A DNA stretch of 64,000 bases from an uncultured Alistipes sp. (GTDB lineage Bacteria; Bacteroidota; Bacteroidia; Bacteroidales; Rikenellaceae), in the NCBI GenBank assembly GCA_945494785.1, contig CALYVN010000001.1, positions 14,091 to 78,090 on the forward strand, in the 5' to 3' direction. The notes below the pieces were generated by a model. The model had not been told where the DNA came from. It saw nothing but the letters and a program-made list of their open reading frames with translations, and searched no databases. The position numbers were made by a program, and so were the translations under genes. This document shows, in pieces, positions 28,158 to 37,315 of this stretch (position 1 is the stretch's first letter; every line of letters starts with the position of its first letter).

Positions 28158-28931
28158 ATGGATAAAAATTTGGAAGCGACCTCTCGGCTGTTGGAGATTA
28201 TGGATACGCTCCGCGAAAAATGTCCGTGGGACAGGACACAGACTTTCCATACATTGCGCAACTCCACGATAGAGGAGACATTCGAACTCGTAGATGCCAT
28301 AACCGACGACAATATGGAGGGAATCCGCGAGGAGTTGGGCGATTTGTTGCTGCATGTGATATTCTATTCCAAATTGGGCAAAGAGCAGGGCGCGTTCGAT
28401 TTTGCGGACGTGGCAAACGGAGTTTGCGACAAACTCATCTATCGACATCCGCACGTCTATGGCGATGTACTTGCATCGACGCCGGCAGAGGTCAAACAGA
28501 ATTGGGAGGCACTGAAACTGCGCAAAAAAGCGCGCAAAAGCGGTATATTGGGCGGAGTGCCGAGAAGTCTGCCTTCGATGGTCAAGGCCTATCGAATGAG
28601 CGAAAAGGCTGCTGCCGCAGGTTTCGATTGGCAGAAGAAAGAGGACGTTTGGGATAAGGTCAAAGAGGAGATAACGGAGGTGGAGACCGAGATGCACGGC
28701 AGCGACAAGGAGAGATTGGAGAGCGAATTCGGCGATTTGCTGTTCGCGCTTGTCAATGCCTGCCGGCTCTACGGCATCGACCCCGAAAATGCCTTGGAGC
28801 GCACCAACGGCAAATTCATGCGTCGGTTTGCACACGTCGAACGACGGGTGGCGGAGCAGGACAAGATGATGAACGAAGTGCCGCTTGACGAGTTGGAGGA
28901 GTATTGGCAGGAGGCAAAGACCGATGATTGA
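28158..28931 (+). CDS. mazG: Nucleoside triphosphate pyrophosphohydrolase MazG (two-domain form)
   Basis: 257 aa with motifs LREKCPWDRTQT, EETFELVDAI and EELGDLLLHV, and a second repeat EFGDLLFALVN. Confidence 0.9.
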   Translation: MDKNLEATSRLLEIMDTLREKCPWDRTQTFHTLRNSTIEETFELVDAITDDNMEGIREELGDLLLHVIFYSKLGKEQGAFDFADVANGVCDKLIYRHPHVYGDVLASTPAEVKQNWEALKLRKKARKSGILGGVPRSLPSMVKAYRMSEKAAAAGFDWQKKEDVWDKVKEEITEVETEMHGSDKERLESEFGDLLFALVNACRLYGIDPENALERTNGKFMRRFAHVERRVAEQDKMMNEVPLDELEEYWQEAKTDD

Positions 28932-28976
28932 CGGTCGGCAACATCAACATAGCGAACACGAAAACACACAAACATC

Positions 28977-29504
28977 ATGGCATATATCAAAACTGTAAGA
29001 AATCACACGCCGAAGGTCGGCGAGGGAACTTTCGTAGCCGAAACTGCGGTATTGTTGGGCGATGTTACGATAGGTCGGGACTGCTCGATTTGGTACAATA
29101 CCGTGCTGCGGGGCGATGTGAACACAATCACCATCGGCGACCGTACCAACATTCAGGACGGTACGGTCATCCACACCATTTTCGACGGCGCAAAGCATCC
29201 GTCGCAAACCCATATAGGCAACGACGTATCGATAGGCCACAACGCCACAATTCACGGCGCAATCATCGAGGACAAATGTCTGATAGGCATGGGCGCGACG
29301 ATATTGGACAATGCCGTAGTGGCTTCGGGTTGTATAATAGCAGCCAATGCACTCGTATTGTCGAATGCCAAATTGGAGCCCAATTCGGTATATGCGGGCG
29401 TTCCGGCAAAGAAGGTCAAAGAGGTAACGCCCGAGCAGCGCGAAGAGATAATCGCCCGTACAGCCCGCGATTACAGACTTTACGCCTCGTGGTACGAAGA
29501 GTAG
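28977..29504 (+). CDS. Gamma carbonic anhydrase-family (hexapeptide repeat) protein
   Basis: 175 aa. LbH repeats, with IWYNTVLRGDVNTITIGDRTNIQDGTVIH. Confidence 0.85.
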   Translation: MAYIKTVRNHTPKVGEGTFVAETAVLLGDVTIGRDCSIWYNTVLRGDVNTITIGDRTNIQDGTVIHTIFDGAKHPSQTHIGNDVSIGHNATIHGAIIEDKCLIGMGATILDNAVVASGCIIAANALVLSNAKLEPNSVYAGVPAKKVKEVTPEQREEIIARTARDYRLYASWYEE

Positions 29505-29535
29505 CGCAGAGCCGCTGCACAACAATATTTGTCGC

Positions 29536-30858
29536 ATGAATATCCATCGCAACTCATCGATAACCGCCTATATATTGGTGGCTGCCATCATCAGTTTGGT
29601 GGTGAATTTCTCCTATTTGCTGCTATTGGTAGTCAATCAGGAGGATACCTATTCGCGCCGTACTGCGCAGGAACGGGGTATCAAGCAGGAAGCGAGCCTC
29701 GTCGAACAGGCATCGGGCAGATTGTTGCTCAGCGTGGACGGTTTCGGTTATATACTGACCGAGAGCGGCGACAGTATATATGTTGATAGAGGGTCGGTCA
29801 GACGGCTCTATCTCAAAGCGGGCGACATGTTGGATGTCGAGACGGGCGAACAAGCGCGTTACGATGGTGCGCATCCGATAATGACCAAAGTCATCAACCG
29901 CAACGGCGAACCGTTCGATTACGGAGCGGTATATAGTGCAGCCTCACGCATGGCGGAGATTATGTATCAGATATTGTTCTATTTCCTCGTGTCGTTCGTG
30001 TTGATGCTTGTGATGAACATGCGCAACCGACGTGCCGATTGGAAGGTCTTTGTCGAACGCGGAGTGGTGTGTACGATTATTACCGTTGCCGTATATTTTC
30101 TGGCTCCCGTAACGCTGCGCTTTTCGGGAGAGACGGTGTTGGTCTATCAGAGCCCGCATATCGTCGATTTCGTGGTAATAATGAAGTGTCTGTTCATGTT
30201 GGTCATCGTGCTGCTCTATTCGCAGATTTATGTGCTTACATCGCAACGGCAGCAGATGGTGTTGGAGAACGAGCAACTCAAAAACGAAAATCTGACCACC
30301 CGTTACAATATGCTGGTCAGTCAGATAAATCCGCACTTCTTTTTCAATTCGCTCAACTCGCTCGCAATGCTGGTACGCGAGAAGGACGAACGCAAGGCAT
30401 TGGAGTATATCGACCAACTCTCCTACACCTTCCGATACATTACGCAGAACGGCAGCAATACGTTGGTAACGATACGGGACGAATTGGAGTTTGCACGGGC
30501 GTATTGCTACCTGTTCAAGATAAGATATGCCGACAAGATATTTTTCGACATAGATGTAGGCGACGAATTGATGAATTGGCAACTGCCTGCTCTGTCGTTG
30601 CAACCGCTGATAGGCAATGCCGTTAAGCACAACGCCATAACATCGAAACATCCGTTCCGTGTGAAAATCTATGCTGCCGACGACGGACTTGTGGTGGAGA
30701 ACGAACACCGACCTATGTTGGAGGCGCAGATAGGTACGGGTACGGGATTGAAAAATTTGAGCAGCCGTTACAAACTGATTGTCGGGCGCGACATAGAGAT
30801 TACGGACGACGACAAGCGATTTGCCGTGTGGCTGCCGCTTGTGAAACCCTCAAAATAG
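29536..30858 (+). CDS. LytS-type sensor histidine kinase (His_kinase/HATPase_c) with 4 TM segments and a ~105-aa extracytoplasmic loop
   Basis: 440 aa with motifs QINPHFFFNSLNSL, LQPLIGNAVKHN and GTGTGLKNL. Confidence 0.85.
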   Translation: MNIHRNSSITAYILVAAIISLVVNFSYLLLLVVNQEDTYSRRTAQERGIKQEASLVEQASGRLLLSVDGFGYILTESGDSIYVDRGSVRRLYLKAGDMLDVETGEQARYDGAHPIMTKVINRNGEPFDYGAVYSAASRMAEIMYQILFYFLVSFVLMLVMNMRNRRADWKVFVERGVVCTIITVAVYFLAPVTLRFSGETVLVYQSPHIVDFVVIMKCLFMLVIVLLYSQIYVLTSQRQQMVLENEQLKNENLTTRYNMLVSQINPHFFFNSLNSLAMLVREKDERKALEYIDQLSYTFRYITQNGSNTLVTIRDELEFARAYCYLFKIRYADKIFFDIDVGDELMNWQLPALSLQPLIGNAVKHNAITSKHPFRVKIYAADDGLVVENEHRPMLEAQIGTGTGLKNLSSRYKLIVGRDIEITDDDKRFAVWLPLVKPSK

Positions 30859-30864
30859 ACGACG

Positions 30865-31629
30865 ATGAAGGTACTGATAATAGAAGACGAGACTGCGGCT
30901 GCGCAAAATCTTGCAGCGATTTTGCGCGAGGTGGACGAACACACGGAGATTATAGATACGATAGATACCGTTGTGGACAGCGTTGAGTGGTTCAGGCACA
31001 ATCCTGCACCCGATGTGGTCTTTATGGACATACATTTGTCGGATGGCGATTCGTTCCGAATATTCGACAACGTCGAGATAACCTCGCCCATCATCTTCAC
31101 AACCGCCTACGACCAATATGCCCTCGAAGCATTCAAGGTAAACAGCATCGACTATCTGCTCAAACCCATTACCGAAGCCGACGTAAAGAGGGCTTTGGAC
31201 AAATTGCGGGTACTGACGGCTTCGGACAGCCACGAATACGCCTCGCGAGTAAACGAGATGGCTCGCAGCCAACGGCAGGACAAACACATATTCCTCGTGC
31301 ATGTGCGGGATAAAATCGTACCGCTCGCAAGCGATGACATCGCATTCTTTTATACAGCCAACGAAAAGGTGTCGGCGTTCGACTACAAGGGCGAGCGGTA
31401 TCCGATTGAACATACATTGGAGGCTCTGTCGGGTATGCTGAACGACAACAAATTTTATCGTGCCAACCGTCAGTTCATCGTTGCGCGAGAGGCTGTGAGG
31501 GATATTTCGGTGTGGTTCGGCAGTCGGCTTGCACTCAATCTGACAACGGAGACGCCGGAGAAAATCATTGTATCGAAGGCGCGTGTGCCGGAATTCAAAG
31601 CGTGGCTTACCGATTCAGGGGTGAAATAG
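30865..31629 (+). CDS. LytTR-family response regulator
   Basis: 254 aa. Receiver domain (MKVLIIEDE...DVVFMDIHLSDG) plus LytTR domain (FYRANRQFIV). Confidence 0.9.
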   Translation: MKVLIIEDETAAAQNLAAILREVDEHTEIIDTIDTVVDSVEWFRHNPAPDVVFMDIHLSDGDSFRIFDNVEITSPIIFTTAYDQYALEAFKVNSIDYLLKPITEADVKRALDKLRVLTASDSHEYASRVNEMARSQRQDKHIFLVHVRDKIVPLASDDIAFFYTANEKVSAFDYKGERYPIEHTLEALSGMLNDNKFYRANRQFIVAREAVRDISVWFGSRLALNLTTETPEKIIVSKARVPEFKAWLTDSGVK

Positions 31630-31649
31630 GTAGTTTCACCCCTCTTTTT
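31618..31649 (+). terminator. Intrinsic terminator overlapping the response-regulator stop codon
   Basis: A 9-bp stem, ggggtgaaa / tttcacccc, with loop taggtag, followed by tcttttt. Confidence 0.7.
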
Positions 31650-31693
31650 GGTCGTTTCGCGGTTGCAACCACTCTGTTTTGCAATAAAAAGGC

Positions 31694-31701
31694 TACATTT
31701 G
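31694..31701 (+). promoter_or_regulatory. -7 promoter box (TACATTTG) upstream of the OM barrel gene
   Basis: tacatttg lies 34 nt upstream of the ATG at 31736. Confidence 0.45.
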
Positions 31702-31735
31702 TGCAACTTATGCATAAAAAATATCACAATATATA

Positions 31736-34700
31736 ATGAAACGTATCTTTATACTTCTATTCGCGGTGTTGGCAACAATGCCGCTGTTTGCGCAGCAGAA
31801 AGGCAAAGTGGTCTTTTCGCTGAACGATGCCGCTAACGGTACGGGAGTGATGGGTGCCGTGGTCGAGGTTTACCCTACTGCAAAACCCGACAACAAGCAC
31901 TACTACACTTCGGGTCTGAACGGAGCAGTCGAAATTTCGGGCTTGGCATACGGCTCTTATACTTTGGTGGCAACATTCCTCGGATACGAGGACACCACAA
32001 AGGAGTTTACGCTCGGACAGGCCGTAAAGAATCTCGGCAAAATCACCATGAAGGAGAGCGCAACCCGCATCGAAACGGTGGTAAAGGCGGCAAAGGCTCT
32101 GCGTGCGTCGCAGAACGGCGATACGCTCAGTTACAACGCCGGCGCATTCAAGGTGGCTAACGACGCCGACGTGGAGGGATTGCTGAAAAAGATGCCCGGT
32201 ATCACGCTCAACAACGGCTCGGTAGAGGCGCAGGGTGAGACAATACAGAAGGTGTTTGTCGATGGCAAGGAGTTCTTTGGCGAGGATGTGAATACGGCGA
32301 TAAAATCGTTGCCTGCCGAGGCTGTGGACCGCATAGAGGTATTCAACAAATTGAGCGACCAAGCCGAATTTTCGGGCATGGACGATGGCGAGGGTTACAA
32401 GGCTCTGAACATCGTTACCAAAAGCAATATGCGGCAGGGGCAATTCGGTAAGATGTATGCGGGCTACGGCTATCAGCCCAAAACCGACGAAGTAACCTCG
32501 CACCATAAATATATGGTCGGCGGCAATGTAAACGTCTTCAATGGCGACAGCCGTGTGTCGGTTATCGGACTGTTCAACAACATCAACCAGCAGAACTTCT
32601 CGTTCGAGGATATTTTGGGCGTCAGCGGCAGCACAGGTGCCGGCGGAGGTCGTCGGGGAGGTGGCGTAGGCGACTACATGGTACGTCAGCAGGATGGTGT
32701 GGCATTGGTCAATTCGATTGGCCTGAACTACTCCGACCAATGGGGTCGCAAGGACAATGTCAAGTTCCAAGGCAGTTATTTCTTCAACAATACCACTACC
32801 AAAAACCTCTCGACCGACAATACTTGGTACGAATATCCGTCGCCGATAGACACGCTCTATACCGAAGGCAGGTCGAAAATCATCAACAACAACCACCGTC
32901 TGAATGCGCGTCTGGATTGGAAAATTTCGCGCAATCAGTCGATTATGTCGCGTACCTCGTTCAGTTATCAGGGCTACGACCCTACCCGCATGACGATGGG
33001 TTACCAATACGGTCAAAGCGGTCTGCTCTTTAAGGACGACTATTCGCGCAACGACTACTACGGCGTCAATGTCTCGGAGTTCCTGCAATATCGCGTAAAA
33101 CTCGGCAAAGCGGGTCGAACGATGACGATAGACGGTCGTTTCAACTACAAGGACAACCACAGCAAGCGACAGACCAAGTCGAACGAAGCGTCGGCAGAGC
33201 GATACGACCCGACGGCAGGCAGCCGTTACAACCAATACTTGGAGGATTACATCTATTCGGGTGCTTGGCGGGGTCTTGCTGACGAGGCTGCATTGTATTC
33301 GCCGTTGTATCAATACATAACCTCGCCTACCCGTACATACAACATTCGGGGTTCGGTGGTCTACAACGAGCCTGTTTCGCGGAATATACAGTTGAGTTTC
33401 CAATACCGCTTTAACTACGACGACCAATCCAAAAATCAGAAGGCGTACTATACGGACGAACAGTTCGAAAATCCGCAGGTGAACGAGCAGATGAGCAAAT
33501 CATCCACGAGCAGTTATTGGCGGCACCGCATAGGACCAGGATTCCGTTACTCCAAGAACAAAAACACGATTGTCGCCAATGTCTATTATCAGCGGTCGTC
33601 GCTCAACGGCACAATCGGCGGCAGCAGGCAGGAGAAAATCAAAAAGAGTTTCAATGACGTAACCTATTTCGGAATGATAAACTATGCGTTCAACAAGGAG
33701 AATTCGATTCGCATGTTCTTCCGTTCGAGTACCGACAATCCGTCGGTTACGCAGTTGCAAAACATCTTCGATGTCTCCACTCCGCAATATCTGAGCATCG
33801 GTAACCGCAATCTGAATCCGTCGTTTACGCACCGCATAAATTTCCACTATATCCACTCCAATATCGAAAAGGGACGGACGTTTATGTGGATGTTCTCGAT
33901 GCAGCACCAGCAGAACTACATCTCCGGCTCGACATGGTACAATACGAACGGTTTCGAGTTGCCCGATTCGTTCGGCGACATCGAGATACCGACGCGCGAG
34001 GATGGCGCGAAATATCGTCCGCAGCGCATAACCTCTTATGAGAACATGGACGGATATTGGTATCTGCGCACGCATATCAGTCTCGGTTTGCCGCTCTCGT
34101 TCATGAAGTGCAACCTGAATCTGATGGCCGGCGTAAATTACAGCGTCATTCCGTCGGCAATATACCAGACTGCGGAGTCGGGCAATGTGTTGCAGAACAT
34201 GATAGACCACAAGTTCACCACCAACCATGCCAACAACATCGGCTACGATGCGTCGGTAACGTTGGGCAGCAATATCTCCGAGAACATCGACTTTACCCTG
34301 TCGTGGAACGGAACATACAACCAAGCATGGAATACCGCAGCCAAAACAGCATCGGGCAGCAATGTCAAAAACAACTATTTCTATCACACTGCTTCGGGTT
34401 CGCTTAAATGGGTATTCTGGAAGGGCTTTACGTTTACGGCAAGTTGCTCGTATGTGCAGTATATCGGCTTTACGAACAAATACGACGAGAGTTATGTATT
34501 GTGCAACCTCTATTTGGGCAAGAAGTTGTTCCGCAACCGTTTGGGAGAGATACAAATCGGCGTGAACGATGTGGCGAATCAAAATACGGCATTTGTCCGC
34601 AATACGGGTTCGGGATATACGCAGAATCTCACCAACAGCGTCATAGGCCGTTATTTCTGCGTGCAATTCGTCTATAACCTGCGCCATTTCGGCAAGCGCG

Positions 34701-34813
34701 GCTCGAAGAATACCAAAGATTACGATATTCAGGAGAGCAAAAGCGGTGTCGGCATGAGCGGAACGGTCAACAGCGGCATGCGATTCGGTCCACTACCGGG
34801 TGGCGGCAGATAG
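31736..34813 (+). CDS. Outer-membrane beta-barrel family protein (CarboxypepD_reg-like N-domain + plug-like domain + large barrel; TonB-dependent-receptor-like)
   Basis: 1025 aa with a signal peptide. GAVVEVYP...GSYTLVATFLGYED (carboxypeptidase-regulatory-like). LLKKMPGITL...VFVDGKEF...VDRIEVF (plug-like). The rest shows alternating beta-strand patterns. Confidence 0.8.
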   Translation: MKRIFILLFAVLATMPLFAQQKGKVVFSLNDAANGTGVMGAVVEVYPTAKPDNKHYYTSGLNGAVEISGLAYGSYTLVATFLGYEDTTKEFTLGQAVKNLGKITMKESATRIETVVKAAKALRASQNGDTLSYNAGAFKVANDADVEGLLKKMPGITLNNGSVEAQGETIQKVFVDGKEFFGEDVNTAIKSLPAEAVDRIEVFNKLSDQAEFSGMDDGEGYKALNIVTKSNMRQGQFGKMYAGYGYQPKTDEVTSHHKYMVGGNVNVFNGDSRVSVIGLFNNINQQNFSFEDILGVSGSTGAGGGRRGGGVGDYMVRQQDGVALVNSIGLNYSDQWGRKDNVKFQGSYFFNNTTTKNLSTDNTWYEYPSPIDTLYTEGRSKIINNNHRLNARLDWKISRNQSIMSRTSFSYQGYDPTRMTMGYQYGQSGLLFKDDYSRNDYYGVNVSEFLQYRVKLGKAGRTMTIDGRFNYKDNHSKRQTKSNEASAERYDPTAGSRYNQYLEDYIYSGAWRGLADEAALYSPLYQYITSPTRTYNIRGSVVYNEPVSRNIQLSFQYRFNYDDQSKNQKAYYTDEQFENPQVNEQMSKSSTSSYWRHRIGPGFRYSKNKNTIVANVYYQRSSLNGTIGGSRQEKIKKSFNDVTYFGMINYAFNKENSIRMFFRSSTDNPSVTQLQNIFDVSTPQYLSIGNRNLNPSFTHRINFHYIHSNIEKGRTFMWMFSMQHQQNYISGSTWYNTNGFELPDSFGDIEIPTREDGAKYRPQRITSYENMDGYWYLRTHISLGLPLSFMKCNLNLMAGVNYSVIPSAIYQTAESGNVLQNMIDHKFTTNHANNIGYDASVTLGSNISENIDFTLSWNGTYNQAWNTAAKTASGSNVKNNYFYHTASGSLKWVFWKGFTFTASCSYVQYIGFTNKYDESYVLCNLYLGKKLFRNRLGEIQIGVNDVANQNTAFVRNTGSGYTQNLTNSVIGRYFCVQFVYNLRHFGKRGSKNTKDYDIQESKSGVGMSGTVNSGMRFGPLPGGGR

Positions 34814-34833
34814 CGACCGCACACCTATCGGCA

Positions 34834-34869
34834 AAAAGCAGGAGTTCGTTGTTGCGAACTCCTGCTTTT
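34834..34869. terminator. Bidirectional intrinsic terminator between the OM barrel gene and the ABC-2 operon
   Basis: A 15-bp perfect stem, aaaagcaggagttcg / cgaactcctgctttt, flanked by A-run and T-run sequences. Confidence 0.8.
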
Positions 34870-34886
34870 CTATCAACGGCGCGAGA

Positions 34887-36131
34887 CTATTTGGCTGCCT
34901 TTTTGCGTCGGCGACGCAGTCGGTCGAGCGTGCGACGAGCCAAATCGTTGTGCAGCACCAAGTGCATGCCAATTACCGCCAAGCCTGCATAGACGAAGAC
35001 GAGCGTCCACAATGTCTTGACCTCGCCGATGATGTTTTCGAACGAGGCACCCATGCTCTGCACGCGGATATATGCGCTTATGGCACTGCTGCTCGGGAAC
35101 ACTTTGCCAAACAGATAGAGCCAATGCGGAAAGCACTCCTTCGGCAGCGATGCACCGCTGAGCAACAGAATCGGGATGGATGTCCACAACAACCAGCAGA
35201 GCGAATTTTCGCGGCGCGGAAAGAGCGTCGAGAGGGCTATGCCCAAAAAGATTGCCGCCAGCAGATAAGGCACGATAACGGCGATGCAGTTCAACAGCGA
35301 GCCGTTCATCGGATAGCCGAACAGATGGTAATGCACCGTCAGAACGTAAGTTGCCGTAACCGCGTAAATCGATATATAGGTCAGTGCCTTGCCCAAAACG
35401 GTCGGGATGGTCGATAGTCGGTCGCGCCCTGCGGGTATAAGCCGCTCGTAGAGGTTGTATTCGCGCCATGTACCGCCAATCATTCCGATACCTATCAAAG
35501 CGGTTTGCTGCAAAATGACGATAATGATGGCCGGCATGATGAAGGTACCGTAACCGAGATAGGGATTGAAGAGATTGTGCGATTGATACAGCACGGGCTG
35601 CGTAACGGCCTTGGCCTGCGGGATGTTGATGCCCTTGGCAACCAACCGCTGAAAGCCGACCATTGCACCCGACGTGGAGAGTGATGCGACAATCTCCTGA
35701 AATACCTGACGGTACATCAGAAAATAACTTGCATCGCAATAAATCGAAACGTTGGCTTGCATTCCGCCCGTAAGATTCTTCTCGTAATCCTTCGGGATAT
35801 AGACCACGCCATAAATTTCGTGGTCGAAAAAGAGCGACTTGGCACTCTCCATATCAGGCACTCTGTATGCCACATAGGTATTCGGACCGGCATTGAAGGA
35901 GTCGGTTATCTTGCGGCTTGCATAGGTGTTGTCGTCGTCGATGACGGCGATAGGCACGTTCTGCAACACCTCGTTTTTGTAGCCGAACGAATAGAGGGTC
36001 GAATAGATGAATATGGCAAAGATGATAACGAGCATGACACCGGGGTCGGCGAATATGGCACGATACTCGTTGCGCATAATCGACGCTATTTGCCGACAAT
36101 ACAGCAATATGTACTCTTTAATGCTCTTCAT
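34887..36131 (-). CDS. ABC-2 type transporter permease (YhhJ/YbhR-like)
   Basis: 414 aa. An N-terminal TM and large extracytoplasmic loop are followed by 5 C-terminal TMs. Paralogous to the upstream gene. Confidence 0.8.
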   Translation of the reverse strand: MKSIKEYILLYCRQIASIMRNEYRAIFADPGVMLVIIFAIFIYSTLYSFGYKNEVLQNVPIAVIDDDNTYASRKITDSFNAGPNTYVAYRVPDMESAKSLFFDHEIYGVVYIPKDYEKNLTGGMQANVSIYCDASYFLMYRQVFQEIVASLSTSGAMVGFQRLVAKGINIPQAKAVTQPVLYQSHNLFNPYLGYGTFIMPAIIIVILQQTALIGIGMIGGTWREYNLYERLIPAGRDRLSTIPTVLGKALTYISIYAVTATYVLTVHYHLFGYPMNGSLLNCIAVIVPYLLAAIFLGIALSTLFPRRENSLCWLLWTSIPILLLSGASLPKECFPHWLYLFGKVFPSSSAISAYIRVQSMGASFENIIGEVKTLWTLVFVYAGLAVIGMHLVLHNDLARRTLDRLRRRRKKAAK

Positions 36132-36132
36132 A

Positions 36133-37311
36133 TTACAATTTTCCCCAATACTTCTTGTCCGTGCACTCGCGACGCAACAGATTGATGGTCAGCACCGGCA
36201 ACAGCCAGAACAACATCATATAGCCCAAATCGAGTACCGACACCCCTATCGGCGCACCCCGCAGCACTTGGTCTACAAATACCCGCATATAGAAGGTAAA
36301 CGGGAACAGACAACCGAACCACTGCAAAACGGGAGCCATGGCCATAGTCGGGAATGTCAGACCCGAGAATGTAAATGCCAACACCGAATAACCGCCTCCG
36401 AACGAGAGTGCAAGACGCATGTTGTCGGTCAATGCCAATGCGAACAGACCGATGCACTGATAACTTACGATAAATATCGCCGTTGCCAATCCGAGCAGCC
36501 ACAGACTGCCGTTCATCGGTGCGCCCATGATATTGAATATGATGACGAACATCGCAACGGCAACAAGCAGCAAAACCAACGTCGTCGGCAACATTTTGCC
36601 TATTAGCGATGCCGCCATCGAGCCACGACCCGTGGCAATCCATTCGCCCGCCGTCGAATACTTCAATTCGCTGCCGGCAGCATAGATGGTGGACATGATG
36701 GCAAATATCATCAGCACCATGGCCATAAAGCACGGCGCGACATAATACCCGTAATTGACATAAGGATTAAACAATACGTGTTTGGAAAAGCGAATCGGTT
36801 GAGCCTGCGCCATTGCCTGACGAGCCGACAACCCTTTGCTTTGCAGCAGGGTGAGTTGTACGCCGACCGAGAAGGTGGCAACGGCAGTCTGCACATCTTT
36901 GGCAAGCAGCGAATTGACCGATATGTTCGTTCCCGAGTTGTAGAACTCGACATTCGCCTGTCCTCCGCCCAAAATCTGCTTCTCGAAGCAGGACGGAATC
37001 TGCAATACGGCATACACCCTGCCTTCGCGTATCAGCGTTATGCCCTCGTTCATATCCTGCACGGTATATGCCACCTCTGCCGCAGGTGTCTCATCGACCA
37101 TGCGCACAAGTTGGCGGGAGAGAGGCGAATTGTCCTCGTTCAGCACGGCAATCGGCAGATTCTCGGCTACGCCCTTCTCGAAGAATACGGCAAAGAACAA
37201 TATGGCCGTAAGCGGCAATACGAAGAGCATGGCGCAATAGGTCATATTGCCCCGCATTCGCAACAACTCGCGAACGAATACCGCGTATATGCCTCCGAAA
37301 AAGTTACGCAT
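36133..37311 (-). CDS. ABC-2 type transporter permease (YhhJ/YbhS-like)
   Basis: 392 aa with the same architecture. Its stop abuts the start of the next permease gene. Confidence 0.8.
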   Translation of the reverse strand: MRNFFGGIYAVFVRELLRMRGNMTYCAMLFVLPLTAILFFAVFFEKGVAENLPIAVLNEDNSPLSRQLVRMVDETPAAEVAYTVQDMNEGITLIREGRVYAVLQIPSCFEKQILGGGQANVEFYNSGTNISVNSLLAKDVQTAVATFSVGVQLTLLQSKGLSARQAMAQAQPIRFSKHVLFNPYVNYGYYVAPCFMAMVLMIFAIMSTIYAAGSELKYSTAGEWIATGRGSMAASLIGKMLPTTLVLLLVAVAMFVIIFNIMGAPMNGSLWLLGLATAIFIVSYQCIGLFALALTDNMRLALSFGGGYSVLAFTFSGLTFPTMAMAPVLQWFGCLFPFTFYMRVFVDQVLRGAPIGVSVLDLGYMMLFWLLPVLTINLLRRECTDKKYWGKL

Positions 37312-37315
37312 TACC

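Noticed and set aside
28158-28931. MazG was considered as part of an anti-phage or toxin-linked module.
   Set aside because: It is the full two-domain housekeeping MazG form. It has no mazEF, nuclease, or other defence-type neighbour. The flanking genes are a gamma-CA-like protein and a two-component system.
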